A stretch of 64,000 nucleotides of DNA from Candidatus Poribacteria bacterium (lineage in GTDB: Bacteria > Poribacteria > WGA-4E > WGA-3G), in NCBI GenBank assembly GCA_965205015.1, contig OZ242029.1:2464001-2528000 (forward strand), read 5' to 3'. The notes under the pieces are model-generated. The model searched no databases and had not been told where the DNA came from. It worked only from the letters and a program-made list of their open reading frames with translations. Both the position numbers and the translations under genes were made by a program. This document shows positions 50,581 through 58,925 of the stretch, in pieces. Position 1 is the first letter of the stretch. Each line of letters begins with the position of its first letter.

Positions 50581-50634
50581 TTTCTATCATTTGATGGCGA
50601 GGTGAATGCCTCGCCTATTGAAGGAGAATACGAA

Positions 50635-51387
50635 ATGGGTATCACCGCGGCAGAAAAGAAGCAATTGGACGAACAGGGATGCATTGTTATCCCAGATGTG
50701 CTTTCCGACGAAGAAATTAAGGTCTACAGAGCCGATATACTCCGGTTAGCGGAGGCGGAAAAACAGAACGGGTTGGCACGCCAACATACCGATGGGTATG
50801 GTCAGCACGTCCGTTGGTTGGTAAACAAGGGCCAGATGTACGAGCAGCTCGTCGCTCGTCCGAAGGTGATGCCCTATTTTGAACACCTGCTCGGTCCCGA
50901 TTATACACTCAGCACCCTCACTTCTAACATTATCGATCCGGGCGCGCCGGATGGTGGCTACCACGTTGACAGTGTACTTGGCTCGATGCCGGAGCCGCTC
51001 CCGAGTTTCCCACTGGTCGCCAACAGTCTCTGGTTGCTCGACGATTTCACGCCGGAGAACGGTGGCACGCGTCATGTGCCGGGTATCCATCTGCAGCGAA
51101 TCAAGCCGCCTCCGGGGACCACCCACCATCCCGATGAAGTTCGGCTCTCCGCACCGAAAGGTTCCGTGTTCCTTTTCAACGGTGCGATCTGGCATTCCGC
51201 GGGTGCCAATGAAACCGATCGGCAGCGCATTGCGTTAATCTGTTTCTGCTGTCGTTCCTTTGTCAAACCGATGTTCGACTTCGTGCATCATCTCAATCCG
51301 GAGGTCGTCGAACGTGCAACCCCGACTATGCGCCGCATCTACGGGTTCGATTCCCAACCCCAACCTCCAGATCAACCTACTCGATAA
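50635..51387 (+). CDS. PhyH family dioxygenase
   Basis: YHVD, ENGGTRHVPGIH, WHSAGAN...R. Confidence 0.9.
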   Translation: MGITAAEKKQLDEQGCIVIPDVLSDEEIKVYRADILRLAEAEKQNGLARQHTDGYGQHVRWLVNKGQMYEQLVARPKVMPYFEHLLGPDYTLSTLTSNIIDPGAPDGGYHVDSVLGSMPEPLPSFPLVANSLWLLDDFTPENGGTRHVPGIHLQRIKPPPGTTHHPDEVRLSAPKGSVFLFNGAIWHSAGANETDRQRIALICFCCRSFVKPMFDFVHHLNPEVVERATPTMRRIYGFDSQPQPPDQPTR

Positions 51388-51413
51388 TCGCATTTCACTG
51401 ACGAAAACTTTAG

Positions 51414-51436
51414 AAGCCCCCGCACGGGGGTTTTTT
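51414..51436 (+). terminator. Rho-independent terminator
   Basis: GCCCCC-gcac-GGGGGT followed by a T tract. Confidence 0.8.
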
Positions 51437-51574
51437 CTTCTCCTGCTAACAAAAGCTGTAACGTTAATCTCAAATTTCACGTTACAATTTAAAGCGGAAG
51501 CTTTAACACTCTCCGATTTTTATCCGAAAACCCATCAATCGCTTTCAGTCAAGAACAGGAGGAGGTCCCGTACT

Positions 51575-52003
51575 ATGACGATGATAACCGTTTATTGGCA
51601 AAGATGTATCAAGAACTCTCTCTGGTGCCCATTCAATGAAAAACTCTTAAACGATGGTCGTCTTGAATCACGCCTCGGTGACTATAGTGCGGGTATCAGT
51701 GGTGTCTATATCATCTGGGCAGGAACGGACAACAATCGCACAGTGCTTAAAGTCGGAAGCGGAATTATCAAAGATAAATTAGCGGCACACCTCAAAGACC
51801 CTGAAATCCGAGCCTATAAACCTGCACGATTGTATGTTACGTGGGCTTCCACCTTATCTGTAATTGGACCAGAGAAGATACAAAAAGGCATAGAGAAGTT
51901 CCTTGAAATCGTATTTAAGCCGAAGTTGGCTGAAAATTTACCTGATGTCGATTTTGTAATCATCAATCTACCTCGATGGCATAAATCGGTGCCGCCGCTT
52001 TGA
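51575..52003 (+). CDS. Small GIY-YIG-like protein with degenerate motifs
   Basis: AGGAGG RBS; GVYIIW..LKVG..KDKL.AH...IE...KP. Confidence 0.55.
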   Translation: MTMITVYWQRCIKNSLWCPFNEKLLNDGRLESRLGDYSAGISGVYIIWAGTDNNRTVLKVGSGIIKDKLAAHLKDPEIRAYKPARLYVTWASTLSVIGPEKIQKGIEKFLEIVFKPKLAENLPDVDFVIINLPRWHKSVPPL

Positions 52004-52248
52004 AAAGCAGAGGTAAAAATAGAGTCCATATCACTTGCCGAATGTCAGCCACGCGAAATGCCACCACGATATAGACGTTCCCAGCCTCGTCTAAGTAGGT
52101 ACCTTCCCAATGACGATTGGAGTCCGCAATTTGTAATCCCACCACATCAGCCAGTTCCGCTGTCGTACCACTGTAGGAGCGAGTTGGAAACCTCGTTAGC
52201 AAAACCTACGGGACGTGGGTCCTCTTGGAAAAAATTGCGGAAGTCTTC

Positions 52249-52582
52249 AAAATTTCACAGTAAGCATTTGAGAAACAGTCTTTGTAACCCTTTCAAAACA
52301 TAGGTGTGGTATAGGGTGAGAGCCGTTTGGAGGACATTGCATTTTTTGGCGTTTACTGTGAAATTTTAGAATTAGAGGTTTGCTCTGATCCCTTGTAAAC
52401 GTAGTCGTGGTGTGGGTTTATCAGCATTTTGTAAAATGTGTGCTTTTTGGGTTTACTGTGAAAAGATTATATTGTTTAATTTGATATAACATCTTGATAA
52501 ATTAGCACGTTAAAATGTTACACCCGTGTAACATTTGGTAGGTAACGGCTATCTGACCGAAACCCAGTGGCTGTAAGGGTTT
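52249..52582. repeat. Non-coding array of inverted and direct repeats
   Basis: 15-bp IR at 52249-52263/52353-52367; direct copy 100 bp later; 11-bp IR at 52513-52536; three AAAC..GGGT(TT) motifs. Confidence 0.6.
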
Positions 52583-52727
52583 ATAGACCTCTCTCCTCAT
52601 CTCTCCGTTGTGGAAAAGAATAATACTGAATAGCCCTGTGTTTTTGATTGCCTGCATTAGGGTTGACATGTTATACTGATACTATATCCACACTGTTTTT
52701 TCTGAAAAAAATGACCTAATCCTAATA

Positions 52728-52885
52728 TAACCCAAGTTGCTACTAACGGGTTTTGCATGTTTGAGGAACCCTTTTCAGCACCTTTTTTCACCCCAGAGGG
52801 GTGGTATGTCTATAGAAAATCGTGTGTTCAACCTCTTGCACTCCAGCGGAGTGCTATGTTCATAAGTAGATGGCAACTTAGGTTA
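52728..52885. mobile_element. MITE-like element upstream of the R-M gene
   Basis: TIRs TAACCCAAGTTGC/GCAACTTAGGTTA in AT-rich flanks; partial copy at 15.4 kb. Confidence 0.55.
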
Positions 52886-52907
52886 ATATATATTTACAGA
52901 AAATATC

Positions 52908-55877
52908 ATGCCGAATCAACGCGAAACAACAATCACGAATGAACTGGTGAACATCCTACGAAACATGCGCCACGGATGGGAGATTGAGACGGAAGTCAAT
53001 GCCTTCATCCGAGGCAACAGCGAACTGGATGCCCTTGTGATTGAGCGCGGACGTGAACCTATCGGCATAGAAGCTAAATTCGCTACCACCACCAATGCCA
53101 AAAACCTCATCAAACAAGCCGAAACACGGTTCGTCTATGAACTTGAAGCAGAATACCATACTTCTCGGAAAACCCTGAACAACGTCATGGCGGTTCTATA
53201 TCCTGATCGTTTTAAAGCGATGCCAGGACGGGACATCAATCCGCAACTTCGCGCAGCAGACGACTTGCAGTACAAACTCATCAGTACCCTCGGGGATATC
53301 ATCGGGCATTTCCCAAAGAACGGATGGGCAACTGGCACCGTGGGAGACATTGCGAATGCGTTACAAGTCGGTGCAATGCCTAATTCCCAACTGGAACAGG
53401 CTGCAGAAGAGATGGAACTGAGTATTGACAGCGCAGCCCATCTACTTGCGGATGCAATCGTTGATCACCGTGCTATCGGCACGAAAATTGAAACGATTCT
53501 TCACCAAGAGGTTTTTTCTAAAGACAAAGACGACGAGGAAGAAAAACTCAACATACAAACCCTCCGTATGGCAGCGCTAATTATCACCGATGCCTTTGTC
53601 TTCCAGAGTTCGCTCGCTGGCAAAGCAAAGATGAAATCCGTTCGTTCCCTCCACCAACTTCTGCCTACGGTTGACTATGCTGATGTTATCGCCGATTGGA
53701 ACACTATCCTCAAAGTCAATTACCGTCCGATCTTTGAGGATGCTCGCGATCTCGTTGAGGCACTCGCTACCGATGACAAGTTAGTTAAACCTATCTTAAC
53801 TCTCCTCTGTGAAGCAGCCAAAGACCTCGTTGATACGGGTATCGCGCAGATTCACGAACTCTCAGGCATCGTTTTCCAAAAACTCATCACCGATAGGAAA
53901 TACGTTAAAGCAAATTACACACTCCCCGAAAGTGCGGTGCTGCTGTCAACACTTGTGCTGCCGAAATTGCCCGAAGGCAAACTGCCGAAAGTGGCAGATT
54001 TCGCGTGTGGGACAGGTGCGCTCCTCAACGGTGTTTACCAACGCATCTTATCTCTATACGAACAGCAAGGTGAAAACGGCAGAGATATCCATCAGAAGAT
54101 GCTTGAAGAAAACATCGGTGGTGCAGACATTATGCCCAATGCAACACACCTCACGGCGGCTGCACTCGCCAGTACCTATGCAGAGTTGAAGATTCGTGGA
54201 ACCAGGATTATTACGGCTCCCTACGGGAGACAGGATAACGGGACTTATGCTATAGGTGCACTCGATTGGCTTGATAACACCCTCGTCTTCAAAGAAATGG
54301 ATACTCAAGCACAACAACTCGGTGGAACAGAGGATGTAACGGTAGAAACACAACATGTGTTCAAACGTGGCGAATTTGATATTGTCGTTCAGAACCCTCC
54401 CTTTACAAAACCGGGCACAGATCAAGGTAGTGACGTACCAAAGACAACATTCCAAGGTAGTGACCGTCCAGAAGAAGATAAGAAAGCGATGCAAGCTGCG
54501 CTGCGAAATAAAGACTCCCGTGTAGCACATGGATTGAGCGGCCTTGTTTCTTACTTTGTCGACCTCGCTGATCGCATGATTAAACACGATGGGATCATGG
54601 GTTTTATCATGCCAGCGACAATTCTAACGTCATCCACCATGCAAAAAGTACGTGACATGCTGGCCACGGAATACCACGGAATCGTGGTGGTTACTATTGC
54701 CGAAGCAAAGACAGAAAATGCAGCATTTTCCGCGGATACTAACATGGCGGAGTGCATTGTGGTAGCCAAGAAAGGGGTGAATGCCGATACAGGACGAGGG
54801 AAATTTGTATGTCTAAACCAACGACCACGGAGTGTCTTAGAAGCGGTGGAAATTGCAAACTATATTAACCAAAACAGCAGCGCGCGACGATTAGAAGATA
54901 CCCCTAATGGTGGCGATATAATCAGAATCGGTGATGACATCGCTGGACAAATGCTAAACTGTCCGCTCTTGCTTGGTGAAGGTTGGGGAGTGTCCCGTGT
55001 ACAATCGATGTCATTGATTCAGTCTGCTTATAGTATACAAAAAGGTATCCTACATCTACCTATGCAAACAACTAATGTTAATGTTCCTATGTGCCGTGTA
55101 GAGGACATAGCACAGGTTGGATGGCATCCGGAAAGTATCTACGGAAGGGATGGTCCCTTTGATATGATTAAAGGAGATGCCAACGGTGATGGGTATCCTT
55201 GTCTGTGGAGTTTGAACAGTGAAACTCAGCGATCAATGCTTGTCAACCCTGATTCGAGGGGAATTCCGCGCAGAAATACAGAGGGTATTCTTTCAAAAAT
55301 CCTTACAAAGAACAGCAGAGCTCACTACAATCTCTACTTACGATTCAATGCTAACTCAACCCTCATCCTCTTAACAGAAAACCCTTCGGTTGGGGTTAAC
55401 AGGTTACCCAACGTGGCATTCGAGGATCCACGGCACGAAATTGCTTTTGCTCTCTGGTGTAACTCAACATTGGGACTGATGTGTCACTGGATACATAGTG
55501 GGAAGCAACAGTCGGGGCGCGGTATTCTAACACTCAATACGTTAGCAACAACGCCGATACTGGATGTCCGAGCACTTTCTGAAACAGCGTTAGCCAACGC
55601 TGAATCGGTCTTTGAACAGTTAAAGTACAAACGCATGCTGCCATTCAACGAATGCGCTCACGACCCTGTCCGACACGAATTGGATACAGGTTTGTTAACG
55701 GAGGTGCTTGGCATCAAGGATCTCGGTGTCCTCACAGCGATGCAGACTTTGCGCGAGATGCTCTGCGCTGAACCGAGCATTCACGGTGGGAAAAAATCTA
55801 AGTGTGATCTTGACGCGGAGTTGGCGAAGCTTAAGTTGAAGGGTATTCCGTTTCCGAATTGGTATAATGATAATTAA
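52908..55877 (+). CDS. Type IIG-like fused restriction endonuclease / N6-adenine methyltransferase
   Basis: N-terminal LD...IEAK PD-(D/E)xK-like motif, DFACGTGALL (motif I), NPPF (motif IV), C-terminal TRD-like region. Confidence 0.8.
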   Translation: MPNQRETTITNELVNILRNMRHGWEIETEVNAFIRGNSELDALVIERGREPIGIEAKFATTTNAKNLIKQAETRFVYELEAEYHTSRKTLNNVMAVLYPDRFKAMPGRDINPQLRAADDLQYKLISTLGDIIGHFPKNGWATGTVGDIANALQVGAMPNSQLEQAAEEMELSIDSAAHLLADAIVDHRAIGTKIETILHQEVFSKDKDDEEEKLNIQTLRMAALIITDAFVFQSSLAGKAKMKSVRSLHQLLPTVDYADVIADWNTILKVNYRPIFEDARDLVEALATDDKLVKPILTLLCEAAKDLVDTGIAQIHELSGIVFQKLITDRKYVKANYTLPESAVLLSTLVLPKLPEGKLPKVADFACGTGALLNGVYQRILSLYEQQGENGRDIHQKMLEENIGGADIMPNATHLTAAALASTYAELKIRGTRIITAPYGRQDNGTYAIGALDWLDNTLVFKEMDTQAQQLGGTEDVTVETQHVFKRGEFDIVVQNPPFTKPGTDQGSDVPKTTFQGSDRPEEDKKAMQAALRNKDSRVAHGLSGLVSYFVDLADRMIKHDGIMGFIMPATILTSSTMQKVRDMLATEYHGIVVVTIAEAKTENAAFSADTNMAECIVVAKKGVNADTGRGKFVCLNQRPRSVLEAVEIANYINQNSSARRLEDTPNGGDIIRIGDDIAGQMLNCPLLLGEGWGVSRVQSMSLIQSAYSIQKGILHLPMQTTNVNVPMCRVEDIAQVGWHPESIYGRDGPFDMIKGDANGDGYPCLWSLNSETQRSMLVNPDSRGIPRRNTEGILSKILTKNSRAHYNLYLRFNANSTLILLTENPSVGVNRLPNVAFEDPRHEIAFALWCNSTLGLMCHWIHSGKQQSGRGILTLNTLATTPILDVRALSETALANAESVFEQLKYKRMLPFNECAHDPVRHELDTGLLTEVLGIKDLGVLTAMQTLREMLCAEPSIHGGKKSKCDLDAELAKLKLKGIPFPNWYNDN

Positions 55878-56008
55878 GTTCGGGAACTCCCCCTCGGAAA
55901 TTCAGACAGGACAAAGCGAAATGCCTCTGTAACATCATATTTTGATTAGCATATTGACAAGACAAGGATTCCCAATTCAAACTAGGCAAAGGAAAGAAAG
56001 ATAAGTTA

Positions 56009-57589
56009 ATGAGAGTAAAAACTGTAGAATTGATAGGGTTCAAGCGATTCGATCATTTAACTATAGATCTTGGCCCTATCCCCAAAAAGATTGTCGCTAT
56101 GGTTGGTCCGAATGGTTGTGGAAAGAGCTCAGTATTTGACGCTTTTGAATACCAATTGCAGCATTTTCAAAATCACGGAACTGAAGAAGCACATTTTTAT
56201 TTAAGATCGCGTTTTCATGATGATAATCCCCAAAATAAACAGTACCAGATAGAAAAAGTAGACGTAACTTTCGATTCGGGATCACTGAATGAAAAAAGTT
56301 TTTACATTAGAACGCCGTACCGCTTTACTTCTGGCCTCACTATAAATTGGACACAACCCTTTCCTGAGATACTGAGTCGACAAGATAGTCCACCCCGTAG
56401 CACAAATGCTTTAGATCAGCGCCTTGGATTAAACTACACAAAGTTGGTGGCATCTTCAGAGAAAGAGGCCTCTGGAGGGCCAAAGACCGGAAAGCAAATC
56501 CGTACTGAATACATTGACAAGATTAACAATATTCTATCCAATATGATGCTTGATGTGCAAATATCAGATTTAGGCGATCCGTGGGAGGAAAAAACTGGAA
56601 TGTATTGTAAGAAGGGTAACACAATTGACTTTCCGTTTGCCAACCTATCGTCTGGGGAAAAGGAAGTAATTAACATAATTATTGATCTCATCCTCAAATC
56701 AGAAGAGTATACAACAACAGTCTATTGTATTGATGAACCAGAGTTACATTTAAATACAACTATACAGCGGAGGCTTCTCATTGAGATTAATAACCTAATT
56801 CCAGCTAATTGTCAACTTTGGATTGCAACCCATAGCCTCGGATTTATGCGTGCGTTGCAAAATGAACTAAAAGAAGATGCTCAAATCTTAGATTTCTCAG
56901 AGAAGGATTTTATAGGCAGGCATACAATTGAGCCAATGAAACTGAATCGTCAAAACTGGATGAGAATCTTTGAGACTGCCCTTGACGACTTGATAGATTT
57001 GGTAGGTCCGAGTCGAATAGTTTACTGTGAGGGTAGGGCAAAGCCAGGTCCAAACAGAATGGAGAAAGGTTTAGACGCACAAATCTATGAACAGATATTT
57101 TCCATTGCCTTTCCCAACACGGTTTTTGTCTCAAGTGGTGGAAATACTGAACTTGACCAACGAAGTGATATTGCAATAGATATTCTTGGTAAGGTATTCA
57201 ATGAGATAGAGATATGGGTACTCAAAGATCGCGACATGGCATCGGGGAAACCAATCAATGAGTCAGATCGTCAGGAGTACTTAAGCAATAATCCATCTCA
57301 TCATCGTGTTCTCAAGCGTTTTGAATTAGAAAATTACCTTTTTGACAAAGAGGTTCTGTCTAAATACTGTCAATTTAAAGGTCTAACGTTCAGTGAGGTA
57401 GACTATGATAACTTTGTGACGAACATCAACAATCAAAATGTCAAAGACGATATTAATCGAATAAAAAACTTTTGTGGGATCAACACAAGCATCAATGCAG
57501 ACACGTTCAAACTGAATCTCTCAGAATTCATCACGGAGGAAACCGAAGTCTACAAAGAGTTGCGAGAATGTATTTTCTATCGAGCGTAA
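56009..57589 (+). CDS. OLD-like ABC ATPase-TOPRIM protein (putative anti-phage nuclease)
   Basis: GPNGCGKS, LSSGE, IDEPELH, ATHS, then YCEG, DRD, ELENY. Confidence 0.8.
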   Translation: MRVKTVELIGFKRFDHLTIDLGPIPKKIVAMVGPNGCGKSSVFDAFEYQLQHFQNHGTEEAHFYLRSRFHDDNPQNKQYQIEKVDVTFDSGSLNEKSFYIRTPYRFTSGLTINWTQPFPEILSRQDSPPRSTNALDQRLGLNYTKLVASSEKEASGGPKTGKQIRTEYIDKINNILSNMMLDVQISDLGDPWEEKTGMYCKKGNTIDFPFANLSSGEKEVINIIIDLILKSEEYTTTVYCIDEPELHLNTTIQRRLLIEINNLIPANCQLWIATHSLGFMRALQNELKEDAQILDFSEKDFIGRHTIEPMKLNRQNWMRIFETALDDLIDLVGPSRIVYCEGRAKPGPNRMEKGLDAQIYEQIFSIAFPNTVFVSSGGNTELDQRSDIAIDILGKVFNEIEIWVLKDRDMASGKPINESDRQEYLSNNPSHHRVLKRFELENYLFDKEVLSKYCQFKGLTFSEVDYDNFVTNINNQNVKDDINRIKNFCGINTSINADTFKLNLSEFITEETEVYKELRECIFYRA

Positions 57590-57620
57590 ATAATCGGAAA
57601 GACAATGTGGTTATAGATTC

Positions 57621-57646
57621 GGTGCGGTTAGGAAACCGCACCTACC
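57621..57646. repeat. REP-like palindrome
   Basis: GGTGCGGTT-agga-AACCGCACC-tacc; the uninterrupted form of the split copy at 23012-23164. Confidence 0.75.
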
Positions 57647-57834
57647 GGGTCTGCGGTAAGCCTCTTTTTCAATAGCACATGTCGCCCTACGGGACTAAAG
57701 CATGAAGAATTAAATGCACCAACTTGATATTCTTGCTTCAAGCATGTTATAATTTTAGACAATTGGTTTATTTCAAGCTGCAAGCACCTCGAAACCAATC
57801 CTTTTCAAATCCAACTCTTAACGGAGATATTGAC

Positions 57835-58170
57835 ATGCAAATTGAAGATTACTTCAACTTTTTGGCAGAAAATGACATTCGTATTAAGGGAACACGTATA
57901 GGTATTGAAACTGTTCTGGGCGAGTATATTCACGACGGCAAAACAGTAGAGGCAATTGCTGATCGTTACCATACGGTCACACTGGAACAGGTCTACGCTA
58001 CGATCCTATATTATCTGCAAAACCAAGAAAAAGTTGGCGCATATTTGGAAAATTATCTGGAATATTGCCGAACGGCGCGGGAGGAATACGAGAAAAATCC
58101 GCCCCCTGGTGTTATTCGCCTACGTGAACTTATCGCAGAAAGGAAAACTGTTTCTGATAATTCAACCTAA
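57835..58170 (+). CDS. DUF433 domain protein (orphan antitoxin-like)
   Basis: IRIKGTRIGIE..EAIA.RY..LEQVYATILYY; GGAG RBS. Confidence 0.88.
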   Translation: MQIEDYFNFLAENDIRIKGTRIGIETVLGEYIHDGKTVEAIADRYHTVTLEQVYATILYYLQNQEKVGAYLENYLEYCRTAREEYEKNPPPGVIRLRELIAERKTVSDNST

Positions 58171-58272
58171 AAATGTCTTGATATCTCAACAGACTTATGG
58201 CATAATTGTTAGAGGTTGATCAATTTCACATTGTGAAAACCGGTCCGAAATTCAGCACAATCGTAGGAGATC

Positions 58273-58896
58273 ATGAGATCAGCTCGCTATACCGATAATG
58301 TTTTCATCAATTGCCCATTTGATTTAATGTATAAGCCATTGTTTGATGCGATGGTGTTTACTGTCCACGATTGCGGTTTCATTGCCCGGTGCGCACTTGA
58401 GGAAGAAGACGCAAGTCAGGTCCGCATTGATAAAATTTACAACATCATTGCGGATTGTCGTTATGGAATTCACGATATATCCAGAACGGAATTAGACGAG
58501 AATTCGGGGTTTCCTCGATTTAACATGCCTCTGGAGCTGGGTATTTTCCTTGGGGCAAAGAAGTTCGGAGTAGCGGATCAGAAAACGAAAAAATGTCTCG
58601 TCTTGGATAAAGAGCCGTATCGGTATCAGCAATTTATCTCGGATATCGCAGGACAAGATATTCAGGCACATAACAACGATGTTGAAATGATTGTGAGAGG
58701 CGTTCGGAACTGGCTCCGCACCGCATCAGGACGGCAGACGATTCCTGGCGGAAACATCATTTGGGAACGTTACCAGACCTTTCTGAGAGATCTGCCTCAA
58801 ACGGCTGAGGAGTATCAATTAGAAGCTGAAGAAATGATTTTCCATGATTACATTTTTGTAATAGGAAAATGGTTAGTAGCTGCAAGAGGGCATTGA
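58273..58896 (+). CDS. TIR / nucleoside 2'-deoxyribosyltransferase-like protein
   Basis: VFINCPF..., R..KI...I..C.YGIHDIS, NMPLELG, ISDI.G flavodoxin-like pattern with a conserved Glu. Confidence 0.65.
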   Translation: MRSARYTDNVFINCPFDLMYKPLFDAMVFTVHDCGFIARCALEEEDASQVRIDKIYNIIADCRYGIHDISRTELDENSGFPRFNMPLELGIFLGAKKFGVADQKTKKCLVLDKEPYRYQQFISDIAGQDIQAHNNDVEMIVRGVRNWLRTASGRQTIPGGNIIWERYQTFLRDLPQTAEEYQLEAEEMIFHDYIFVIGKWLVAARGH

Positions 58897-58925
58897 TTGA
58901 AGCATAGCTCAAGGAAGTAATCCAC

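Noticed and set aside
51260-51574. N-terminal extension of the 247-aa ORF
   Set aside because: Crosses a PhyH gene end and a terminator; the AGGAGG RBS supports a start at 51575.
51963-52202. 79-aa minus-strand ORF or pseudogene fragment
   Set aside because: Starts inside a degenerate REP, overlaps a convergent gene, and I cannot assign a family.
52249-52720. Possible CRISPR array
   Set aside because: No 25-45 bp repeats separated by unique spacers and no cas genes; only short motifs at about 100-bp spacing.
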